The notes under the pieces: generated by a model
The model's database searches: none
What the model was told of the DNA's origin: nothing
The model's input: only the letters and a program-made list of their open reading frames with translations
Assembly (NCBI RefSeq): GCF_021028975.2
Contig: NC_059435.1
Location: forward strand, 29,636,001-29,700,000
Length of the DNA: 64,000 nucleotides
From: Sphaerodactylus townsendi
Lineage: Eukaryota
Reading direction: 5' to 3'
Shown here: in pieces, positions 51,905 to 64,000 of the stretch
Layout of the letters: each line of letters starts with the position of its first letter
Numbering within the stretch: the first letter of the stretch is position 1
Position numbers and translations under genes: made by a program

Positions 51905-53562
51905 AACTCTCGAATCTTTCGTTTCTGGGGAAGGTAATTGAGAGAGTGGTGTTGGAGCAGCTTCAGGGTTTCCTGGATGACGCATCGGCGTTCGATCCCT
52001 TCCAGTCTGGCTTCCGTGCTGGGCATGGGACGGAGACTGTCACAAATCGCCGGGCCCGTCACAGATAATGCTTCGCGGAGTGCAGCTTTGACCGAGGCGG
52101 GATCGGGCGCTTCGTTGGTATTGTTAGATCTGACCGCGAGCGCTTTGGATATGGTCAACCACGATCTTTTGGCCCACCGCCTGGCCGCTTCCGGAGTCGC
52201 GCGGGCACTGTCCTTCAATGGATTGCCTTCCTCGGTTCCTCCGGATCCGGAGTCAGCAAGTGTGGTGGTGGGGACCAAGCCTCGGGCGGTGCCCACTTCA
52301 TTGTGGGGTGCCCTCAGGGAGCGCTATTGTCCCCGCTGTTATTTAATATCTACATGCGACCCCTTGCTCAGCTGAGTACGGAGCTTTGGGCTGGCTCTGT
52401 CATCAGTACGCTGACGACACTCAGCTCATCTCTGTTGATGGAGGGGGGGGCGGTCATACGCCTGCAGCCTCCAGCACTGTTTGGAGGCACGATTGCTGCT
52501 GGTTGGTTGCAACAGAGCAGGTTAAAACTCAATCCATCGTAAGAGCGGAGATCCCTCTGGCTTGGTGCCGTGGGGGGGAGGGGAATTTCCAGCCGCCGGT
52601 GTGGGAGGGGGCCTTATTGGCTGCCTGCCCCCTCAGTCCAAGCAGCCTGGGGAGTCCCACCTGGATTACGTCTCTTTCAATGGAGACCCAGGTGGCCCAT
52701 ATAACCGGGTTTAGATTTTCCATCTTCGACAGGCCCGCCCGGCTGGCTCCCTTCCTCTCCCACGCAGAACCTCTGGCCACGGTGATCCATGCAACGGTCA
52801 CCTCCAGGTTGGACTGTTGTAGACTCGCTTCAAACTACGCGGGCCTACCCTTGAGGTTGATCCGAAAGTTACCAACTGGTCCAGAATGCAGCGGCCCGCT
52901 TGCTCACACGGGAGGCGCTTTCGCCGCGACCCTCACATATTCACCAATACTGTGTCGCTTGCAATGGCTCCCGGCAGTTGAATTCGGGATTGTCTTCTGG
53001 CGTATGGGTGCTTTACCTTTAAGGCCTTTACGCTGCCTGGGACCCCTCATACCTCCAGGACCGACATTACCCCATATGTCCCTACTTCAGGCCTCTACTA
53101 CGCAGTAGAGGCCAATTTGCTGGTAGTCCCTGGTCTCTTCAATGATGCGGTTGGAGCTTCCACTCGGGCCAGGACTTTTACAGCCCTGGCTCCCTCGCCT
53201 GGTGGGAACACTCTTTCCTCCAGCTGTCCGGGTCTCCAAGGGACCTTGGTGAGTTCCGCAGGGCTCTGCAAGACGGAGTTGTTCCAATCGGCCTTTGAGT
53301 GTCCAGCCGCTGACTGTGTGCCCCCTTCACCCTCCCCATGTTTGGGCCTATTACTATCTATGTGACCCATGCTTTTCTCCCCTCCTGGGAGGGTCTAATA
53401 GGAATTGCGGGCATTGTTTATTGTTTATTATTTGCTGCATTTTAAATCTAATTTAAATTATTTACAGTCTATATGTATCTGAAATTTTATGTTGTTAACC
53501 GCCCAGAGCCCTTCGGGGATTGGGCGGTATATAAGACTGATAAATAAATAAAAATAAATAAA
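51905..53562 (+). mobile_element. L2-clade LINE, 5'-truncated; RT and C-terminus with many frameshifts
   Basis: LSNLSFLGKVIERVV..DPFQSGFRAGHGTET, PQGALLSPLLFNIYMRPL, CHQYADDTQL, VIHATVTSRLDCC; 3' end gggcggtatataag..(taaa)n. Confidence 0.9.
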
Positions 53563-53619
53563 TTTACACACACATAAGCACACACCCTTTCTGAAGCGTT
53601 CAAAATGACTGTAAACTGA

Positions 53620-53760
53620 GGCCCCTTCCGCACACCCAAAATAATGTGTTTTCAAACCACTTTCACAACTGTTTGCAAGTGGATTTTGCCATTCCGCACA
53701 GCTTCAAAGAGCACTGAAAGCAGTTTGAAAGTGCATTATTCTGCATGTGCAGAATGAGCC
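53620..53760. mobile_element. Short Harbinger-like MITE
   Basis: Reverse-orientation copy of the 4002-4144 family; TGA/TCA flanks. Confidence 0.8.
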
Positions 53761-54099
53761 TCAGTGAAACAAGCAAGCCTCATAGCACTTCTGTTTTGTA
53801 CACACATACATAGAAAAGTCTACTATTTATACAATGCCCAATGGCTTAAAGTCATTGGGCATAGTATAAAAAGTAGGGTTCTCTATATAATAATCACATT
53901 GCCCAAGATATATTGTGAGTTACACACACAGACACACAAAACTTTTTTTGAAGCGTTCAATGTGGCTGTAAATGGAAACAAGCCTCATAGCACTTCTGTT
54001 TTACACACACACACACACCCTTTCTGAAGCGTTCACTAATAATTCGGTATTATTTCTTTGCAGCCTAATTTCCAGCCTGCACCCAAAGAAGCCTCCTCC

Positions 54100-54600
54100 T
54101 CCGAGGCCTCACTGCAAAAACTGAGCGACTGGCAGACGCACCGCCTGGAACACAACTATTCCCCGGTTAGCAGAGGCCGGAGGCGGGGACAGCGCTGCGA
54201 AGACGCCAGGCTCGCCTCTCTCTCCGCTTTCTCCTCCCCGCCAGGATGTGAGCTCACAACACCGCCTCCTTCTCCTGGCGTAATGGTTACCGGTTCCGCG
54301 TAGCGAAGTCATCGACTCCCCGGGGGTGATCCAGTCCCGGTTGCGCGGGCGAGGCTCGCTTTGGAGCAGGAGGCATCCGGGACGGTGGCGGGTGAGTCGC
54401 TGCTGGGCGGATGCGGAGGCTGCTGGGGCAATTTCCCTGGGCGCTGCTGGCCGGTGAGAGGAGGCGCTTCAGGGTATGTGTGTAGTAAACACTCCTTATG
54501 GGTCCAGGAGGAGCCACAAGGTGAAGGTGCCCATGTGAAGCAATGGCTCCGCCGGGATCTCGCAGTTCCGTGGAATACCTTTCTTTGACTGAAGCCACGG
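54100..54600 (+). promoter_or_regulatory. PIK3R4: PIK3R4 CpG-island promoter and non-coding exon 1 (ends at 54391)
   Basis: CpG-rich; donor GGCGG|GTGAGT (GT at 54392), 1.65 kb upstream of the exon-2 acceptor at 56039/56040. Confidence 0.75.
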
Positions 54601-56051
54601 CTGTCAAATCATGCAAAGTTAGATTCCATGTTCTCACCAGTCTCCAGGTTTTGTCGAGGGCTCCATGTAGACAGGTGAACCACGCAGGAGTGTAAGCAAA
54701 TCGCGAGTGATTCCGCCCAGCATATTTATAACGAGTTGCAATCGTTATAAATGAACTGTGCAGAATCCACTGCAGTGTGCTGCTGTTCCCATTTGCCTCG
54801 ATTATCAGTGCATTTAATAGCTGCTTGGTGGGTTGGAAATCGATTAGGCTGCAATGCACTGCACCTGTGGAAGGTAGGGGCACATTGGCATCAGAGCAGT
54901 GCAACTGACGGATGAGAGCTCTGTCTCAAGAAAACTTTTGGTACAATACATTTTGTTTGTCTTTGCAGTTTTTATTTTGCTGTTGTCAAAGGTGACTGTG
55001 CTGGTGTTGTGGGGGGAGGGTTACCAATCGTCAGGTGGTACCTGGGGCTCTCTAGAAACCTGAACTTATATCCCTACCGTAGACATCAGTTCCCTAGAAA
55101 AAATGACAGTGTTGGAGGCAGTGCCGGATTTAGATGAAGAGAGGCCCTAGGCTATTCCACTTGTGAGACCCGATCCTCCACACTCACAACTAGAGGAAGA
55201 TGGGGTCGCAAAATGGGACCTGATTGATTGTTAACTGTTCTACACCTACACATACCAAACAGGCATATGAGAGATTTGTGACTGACAAAAAGGGACAGGA
55301 GTTCTGCCCATCTGTCACAGGCGGCCACAAAAATTGACCAAACTGACAGGGCCAAAAATTGGCCAAAATGACAGGACATGAGAAACGTAATGTTTCTATG
55401 GGACTACTGCAATTTAGGATATCACCAATCAAAGCAGCCACACATTTTATTTATTTAATTCATTTGTATCCCTCCTGCCCCTAGCTACACTAATTTCATT
55501 AAGTGTCTCATCCGAACCAGAGTAAATATTATAAATATGCATGGTAGAATGTGGATTTGATTGTGTGAAAATTTTGATGTGTGGAACAATTATTGTACCC
55601 CCTTTAAGAAAGGGTGTTCTTCCAAGTGATGCTACAAAATCCTAGGATGACTATACCATTTTAAAAATATTTTTCTGCCGCAGGTGCATAATTTACACAA
55701 CAACTGTATTTCAAAATTAAATAGACTTCAGTATAGGAATTGTGGCATGACGCATTATTTGCAACACCACACTTCCCCGTAATGCTACTAGTGTTTAGTC
55801 TGCAGCATTTGTAACCTGGGACTCAGCATAGTTCTGGTGTTTAGTATTAATTTGAAAATTGAGAGAATTAGCCAAATTCCAGCTGTTAAGAAATATTTAA
55901 TATGCAGAGAACTTGCGATAGTAATTTACAGATAAAAATGAAATGTTATATTGTGTCATTTGTATAAGCAATGCATAGATATTTTGGGTGGAATGGTGCA
56001 GTCAAGAAGGTCAAATAACTCGTCTTTTTTTTCTTGTAGGTGGAGTTGTGA

Positions 56052-56861
<810 letters not shown>

Positions 56862-56937
56862 TGAGCTTGAATCAGTTGAAAATTGTGGTTTCAGACAACA
56901 TAGTGTTGGCTACTAAGTAGTGGTTGTTATGGGTGAA

Positions 56938-57140
56938 AGGCCGTAGCTCAGTTGTAGAGCATTTTGTTTGCATGCAGAAGGTCCCGATTCAATCCTGGTC
57001 GACTCCACTTAAAAGGATAAAGCAGTAACATGAATGACCTCCATCTGAAACCCTGAAGAGTCCCTGCCAGTTGGAGTAGACAGCAATGACCTCAGTAATC
57101 AAGTGATCTCATTCAGTACCAGGAAGCTTCATGTGTTCAT
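56938..57140 (+). mobile_element. tRNA(Ala-like)-derived squamate SINE in PIK3R4 intron 2
   Basis: Head ggccgtagctcagttgtagagca..gcatgcagaaggtcccgattcaatcc, then a SINE body ending gaagcttcatgtgttca. Confidence 0.7.
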
Positions 57141-57975
57141 TTAATTGTTCCTTTTCCTGAGGTCAGTGTTCATATTTCCTTTGCTTATGGTAAGATAACA
57201 TTTTATTTGTATGCCACCCTTCCCCTTGGTAGGTTCAGGGCAGTTTCCAGTGGTTTAAAATACAGTATCAATGTAAACAACCACATATCAAGTTCTACAG
57301 ATGGCAGTTAAAATCCTCAAATTCCTAACTAGTCCAACTTCCAATCGATGGAATAGGTGTGGAAATACAAAAACAGTAAAATAAAGAAGGGGAAGGAGGG
57401 AGGCCAGACATGATGGTAAAAACGTTGCTCCTTCAGCAAGGATCTGCATTCCTCTTGAGCTCAAAATTTTGTTACTTGGCAGTGACCATCTCTGGGAACT
57501 GTTTCAAGCTTTTTGCATGCATTTCCTCCTATGGCTTACTGTTCTTAAGGTTTTATTTCTTTTGAAATATTCAAGGTTTATATGTCATATTCTGAACTTC
57601 AGACTCAAGCCTTTGTCAGTTTTCTGATCTTTCCTTTACCTGCTTTGGAGTGCTGGATTCTGGTTCTTCATTGCAACCATTAGCTGAGTTGCTGAGGTCT
57701 CAAACCTAGACTATGGGGGCTGGAGAATAATAGAATGCTACTTGCAGCTCAATCCACAGGGAGAATTGCCCAGTGAGACGGCACCGCCATACCACCTGCT
57801 GTGGGGTTTCAGATAGCACAGGGAGCATGGAAAACTAAAAAGCTCCCTGGCCAACCTGAAAACCCCAATTGTCACTCAGTAGGCTACGCCAAACTAAGAC
57901 GTGGCATAAGCTGGTGGGCAAAAGAAAAGCGGCGTCTTATTCATGATTTTAAAGTACTTGTTTGGTATTTTCTAG

Positions 57976-58109
57976 GTTGTGTCATAGCTGAGCTCTTTAC
58001 TGAAGGGGTACCTCTGTTTGACTTATCGCAACTTCTGGCATATAGGAATGGTCTCTTTGCCCCTGAACAAGTGTTAAATAAAATTGAAGACCGGAGTATC
58101 AGAGAACTG
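57976..58109 (+). CDS. PIK3R4: PIK3R4 exon 3
   Basis: [31 protein letters not shown]; AG/GT boundaries; phase consistent. Confidence 0.97.
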
Positions 58110-58167
58110 GTAAATAATGTTCTCATTATGCTGGCTTATTAAATTTCTGTTCCACCTTAGTAAATAA

Positions 58168-58815
<648 letters not shown>

Positions 58816-59634
58816 TAAAGAGGGTGAGATGAATTATTGCTTGATTTGTCTTCCCGTAGCTAGAAAGCCCATAGTAGATGATTCCATGACTGCTCTTGTG
58901 GGGGATCCTCATGTTCATGCATTCTATCTTCTATTTACATACAGCTCAATACTGAAAATCCCCGTTTTGTGGCAAACTACAATTTAGTATTCCATCTAAT
59001 CCACCAATAGTAATGATCTGTGTTCCCTCCAGTATTTTGGTTTGGACAGAGTAAACAATAGTTTTCTGTTATTCCTAACTGGAACTAGTCCAGCTAGTTC
59101 AATTCTTGGAACTAGTCCTGTTTAAAAAAACAACTTGAATATGGGAAATGAACCACATAAAAAGGAAATAGATGATGCAACATCACAGCCTAGTGAAAAT
59201 TATGTTAGTGAAGCTCTTCCCGTTTATTTTTTGTTCTTTTGTATACTTAATCGAACTTCATGGGAGATAAGCATGGAAAGGGTGGGGCCATTTGTGGTCT
59301 GAACATTACACCAAACTATAGTTTGTTGGGAAACTGGAAACCTTTACCTAGTACTTTGAGCAAAAGGGACTGCAGTCCCCAGAATCCTCCAGTCTTGTTT
59401 ATGTCATGGCGAACCATGGCTCTGAGACTTTCCTTTTTAACCAAGTGTGTCATTTTATATTTTATTCTGTTCCTCGTGTAAAGTTCCAGGTGTAAATAGA
59501 AATGTGCCTTATGATGTTGCCTGTATTGCATGACAGACTGTTTACAGCATGCATGCAGAGTGCTTGCCTCACCAGCAACGAAATCTTTAAAGTTAATTTT
59601 CCAAGCAACTTAACATTACTTTTAATCACTGTAG

Positions 59635-59769
59635 AGAATATTGCACTGCTGGCTGAAACTGCTCTGAGATTCCTGGAGTTAGTCCAGTTAAAAAACTTAA
59701 ACATGGAGAATGAACCAAACAGTGAGGAAATGGATGACACATCGCACCCTAGTGAAAATTATGACACCG
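59635..59769 (+). CDS. PIK3R4: PIK3R4 exon 5
   Basis: [24 protein letters not shown]; AG/GT boundaries. Confidence 0.96.
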
Positions 59770-59831
59770 GTAACGTTCCTTTCACATTCTTTTGCTTTCT
59801 GTGAATGCTAAATTTAACTTAATGTAATGGG

Positions 59832-60103
59832 CAGCCCAATCCAGAGCCCTGGGGTTGTCAGCTGCAGCACCACCCAGAAAGCCACCACCTGACTGCAGAG
59901 CAGGCAGGGGTGCTGATGCGGTGCTCTGTGCTGCATTGAGGCAGCTCAGGAAACTGTGGCAGCCACCTGCTGGCATATTTGCCCCTACACCAGGGTAAGT
60001 GCCCAAGGGAGGGCAAATCTGCTGGTGTAGGGCCCCACCACCTCCACAACTGACTTTGGTCCCCCCCCCCCCCCCCACACACACACACTCAGGATTGGGC
60101 TGT
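59832..60103. mobile_element. Non-autonomous element with cagcccaatcc / ggattgggctg termini (relatives near 13715 and 22250)
   Basis: Inverted termini seen directly. Confidence 0.6.
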
Positions 60104-60130
60104 TAGGCATGGTAGAGGGTGGGCTGTTAG

Positions 60131-60484
<354 letters not shown>

Positions 60485-61504
60485 TAAATGAACATTTTTT
60501 GATTGGGTGAATGAGTGGTTTGAAGTTGTTTTTTGCTAATACCGTGTCTTTGAGGCACACAGAACTGAGCTACTCCCCAAAACCTAATCACAGCAGCTAA
60601 CGGAACAATAACTTGATCGATAATCATAAATATGCAAGAAGTGCCCTCTTAGTTCTGATCAGTAGCCCATCTAGCTCAGTACTCTGTCTCCAACCGTGGC
60701 CAACAAGATGCTCCAGAAGCCTACTAGTAATGCATGGGGGATCTAGCCATCTGTAGTTGTTTGTCCTTGGTGTTTATTGATCAGAGGTTACAAGAAAGGT
60801 TTTGTTTTAATAGCAATGAATAGCCTTCCCTCCATGGATAAGTAGCAGTCTTTAAAGTCTTATGTGCTTTTGGGCATCACATCATTTTGTGGGAATGTGA
60901 TGGGCAGTCCATATGCTGATTGTGATATATTCATGCCCTCCTGTCCTTATCAGGCTGCCAGGCAAGATCATTTCCCCAGACTCTGCTGTCTGTGTCTGAT
61001 CACAGGTGGGGTTTCTCAGTGGTTGGAACCTCCTGTCTGGAATGCCATCCCCTTTGAGACCTGCCTTCTTGTCCTTCAGGCCCAAGGCTAGAACAGTTTT
61101 TTAAACCCAACTTGAATTAAAAGTGTTCCATCTTTTCTACCTTTTTAATGGTCTGCTTCTAGCCCGGTCACTGCCTCTTGAACCTGATTTTAAGATGCTG
61201 AATGTTGTTTCATGCTGTTTTATGGCTTGTTTTTATGCTGTGGTTATATGATTTTCATTGTGTTGCCTTATTTGTGAGGTGCCCCGAGCAGATGTCAGGA
61301 GAGGCAGCATGTATATATTTGAAATAAGTAAATAAGCTAAACTTGTGAAAGCAGGTGGTAGAATTCTGCTTGTTCTCAAATGAAGCCTACTTACTAGACG
61401 TTTTTCAGAAGACCATCAGTAGACTATCTGTGCTCTTAACATCTTTTTTGAGTTGGCCAAGCTTTTAGAGATGGTAATAAGAACATGTTCTGCCTGATTT
61501 TCAG

Positions 61505-61678
61505 GTGTTGCAGCTTACGTTGGGTGGCAAAGCTCTTCGATCCTAAAGCCACTACTGCAGCAAGGGCTCAGTGACGCTGAAGAATTTGTCATTTATAAAG
61601 CCCTCAACGCTCTTACCTGTATGTGCCAATTAGGTCTTTTGCAGAAACCACACATCTATGAATTTGCCTGTGATATTG
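61505..61678 (+). CDS. PIK3R4: PIK3R4 exon 7 (absent from the ORF track)
   Basis: [36 protein letters not shown]; AG/GT boundaries. Confidence 0.96.
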
Positions 61679-62170
61679 GTAAGCCACCATTCTTGGGTGC
61701 AGTTAACCATTTTTGAATGGCATGTGAGTTCGATGTGCATTTGTTGAATGGCGTGTGGGTTTGGCCACCGTAGCCTTTATTCACACCGTAGTCCTAAGCA
61801 GAATTACACCTTTCTCAGTCCATTGACTTCAGTAGAATTAGAAGGGTGAACCTCTGTTTAGGATGTCAATTACTTGATTCTAATCCAAATGTCTAATCCA
61901 ATTTAAAGACATTCTAATCCAAATGTCTTTAACTTGACCTTGTCAGTCAGGGTCCATTAAAAAGAGAACGTATATGGAGCCTCATTAACTGAGCTTGCTT
62001 TGTGGGAGAGAAAGGAAGCACGAGCAAGTAGTAGAAGCCAGGACGATGTACTTTGTTTGTCCGTTATGAAAGAGGAAGATCATTTATATATGGCGAGGCA
62101 ATAGAAAAATGAGGACCAGCCTCAGCAGCAAGGGCAAGGGAATGATCTGGCATTGCAATGCTTGTTTGTC

Positions 62171-62380
62171 AGCCAGCATGGTGTAGTGATTAGAGTGTCA
62201 GTCTAAACCCAGGTTTGAATCCTCACTGCTGTAGAAGCGTGCTGGGTGTCCTTGGGCCAGTCATGCACACTCAACCTAACCAACCTCACTGGGTTCCTAT
62301 TTAGATAAAATGGAGGAGAGGAGAACAATTTCTTTCCTCTTTGGGGAGAAAAGCTGGGTAAAAGGGAAGTAAATAAATAA
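62171..62380 (+). mobile_element. Squam3/MIR-like CORE SINE
   Basis: agccagcatggtgtagtgattagagtg..ggtttgaatcc..ccttgggccagtca..(taaa)n. Confidence 0.7.
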
Positions 62381-62666
62381 CCAAAATAAGAATAAAATAT
62401 TTGTCACACTGGTTTGAAGGACTTGTTACAAATGGATAAAGAAACAGTAGAGGTGCAAATTAAAAGGGACCAAACCAATCCAGTCTATTCACATCTGTAC
62501 ACAAGAGAGGACCATAATGGGAAAGAATTCTGGGTGGTATTTTATCTGAAGTTAGAGTGTGTTTTTTTGAATGTCCATGGGTCCTTTCTGTCAAGTTTGA
62601 ATTGTGTGAATGAATGAATGTACAGTGATACCTGTTGAAACCTGATTCTCATTCTTACTTTCCCAG

Positions 62667-62812
62667 CACCATTTCTGTGCCACCCTAATCTCTGGATACG
62701 CTACGGAGCAGTCGGGTTTATCACTGTTGTAGCGCAGCGTTTGAATATTGCCGATGTTTACTGCAAACTAATGCCTTATCTGAATCCTTTCATCACTCAG
62801 CCAATCATACAG
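62667..62812 (+). CDS. PIK3R4: PIK3R4 exon 8 (absent from the ORF track); gene continues beyond the window
   Basis: [30 protein letters not shown]; donor CAG|GTAAGA. Confidence 0.96.
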
Positions 62813-62930
62813 GTAAGACATCAATTGTTCATGTACCTTTCATCCATTTAGAATTTCAGGGTGCAAGATAAGTGAAGGTGACTTGGCTCTCCATCTTATT
62901 GTTATTATTATTCGACTTAGTACCCTGCCC

Positions 62931-63652
62931 TACTGACTCGAGCCAGATGCAATGTTTTTTCCCCTGCCCTTTTGCAAGGCCGGATTGAGAAGCAGCCTCT
63001 ATCACATAGACTATGCCCTTTCTGTCCCACCATGGTGGAAACATTGGACCACATTTTATGTTATTGCCCAAAATATAATCCCCAGAGGGAAGCTTTAGTA
63101 CTACCGATAATGGGAAATGCGCCCCCCAAAATATCAATCCCAAAATTGTTAAACAGTAATAATCCTTCTATACTTGGGAGAATAGCCAATTATTTGCTGC
63201 AAGTCATGTCCTTAAGAGGTATGTAAAATAGGCAAGTACAAAACTATTTAAATGTGAAATACTCCATACCTCTGGTACTCCTGGGGTATTTTAGAAGGTG
63301 TTTATAAGGAGCTCACTGTTATTTATTGCATTTTATGGAAATTTAATTAATTTATAGTATTATACAATTTATAGATCTTGGGGAAGGCTATACCTTTTTA
63401 GCAAATAGGCTATGAATAACGAATATCTTAATCCTGTCTTTTAAATGTAGTTTTACTATACTTGTTCACAATCCCATGTACAATGGAATGGACAAAATTT
63501 TTTAATCTTCGTTATTTTTATAAATGAAGTGTGATTCTAGAATGTAAAACTACTCATAGACGCCATGTACAACTCTTTTAAATTTAGTGATGGTCTATAC
63601 TCACGCTTTTGTTTCTTATGCCAATAAAGGTCTATTGTATTGTATTGTATTG
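62931..63652 (+). mobile_element. 5'-truncated LINE (RTE-X-like; clade uncertain) with 13-bp TSD
   Basis: C-terminal zinc knuckle RLCPFC..ETLDHILCYC; tail ccaataaagg(tattg)n; TSD TAGTACCCTGCCC at 62918-62930 and 63653-63665. Confidence 0.85.
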
Positions 63653-64000
63653 TAGTACCCTGCCCACCCTGGCTGAAGCCGGGTTCAGAGCAGCCAACAC
63701 ACATGTTTAAAACACAGCCACTGTCAACCAGCATTGTCAATTATAAGTCTGGCAGAAAAATTCAGTACTATAGGCTCTGCAACATTGATGTATATCTCGC
63801 AAGGCCCTGTACCTTCTGGGAGTGAATTCCACCAAGTTGGAATTCTGTGGGATACCAGCCAAATGTCCTTGAGGCCAGAGACCACTAGCAGATTACTATC
63901 AGAGGACCACTCGCAGATTACTATCAGTGGATGTTATAGTGAAATGCTGTCCCAAAGATACGATTGACCCAGACTGCTTAAGGCCTTCTTGCCTTGACCC

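Noticed and set aside
56938-57010. Possible tRNA-Ala gene
   Set aside because: The cloverleaf is degenerate (T-arm deletion) and runs directly into a SINE body.

Overview
Eukaryotic (vertebrate) genomic DNA. The repeat content (Sauria- and Squam-type SINEs, BovB, CR1, SPIN, DIRS, many Harbinger MITEs) points to a squamate, probably a gecko (inference). The right end holds the 5' part of PIK3R4/VPS15 on the + strand: CpG-island promoter, non-coding exon 1 and coding exons 2-8, running off the window. The left end is a CpG-island promoter with a minus-strand first exon, most likely ATP2C1 (SPCA1), since ATP2C1 lies head-to-head with PIK3R4 in human. The ~53 kb between them is mostly transposon remnants but holds three things the ORF track misses. 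(1) A GC-rich, 12-exon Maestro HEAT-like repeat (MROH-like) gene at 44299-49660, with a tandemly duplicated promoter/first exon carrying RFX-like boxes and one 1-nt frameshift. (2) A clean minus-strand exon at 16767-16874 that could encode an alternative 28-aa N-terminus for ATP2C1. (3) A ~1.3 kb fold-back at 25683-26985 whose two arms each carry an inward-pointing splice acceptor plus poly(A) signal. There is one 133-N assembly gap. All family assignments come from motif recognition, not from database searches.
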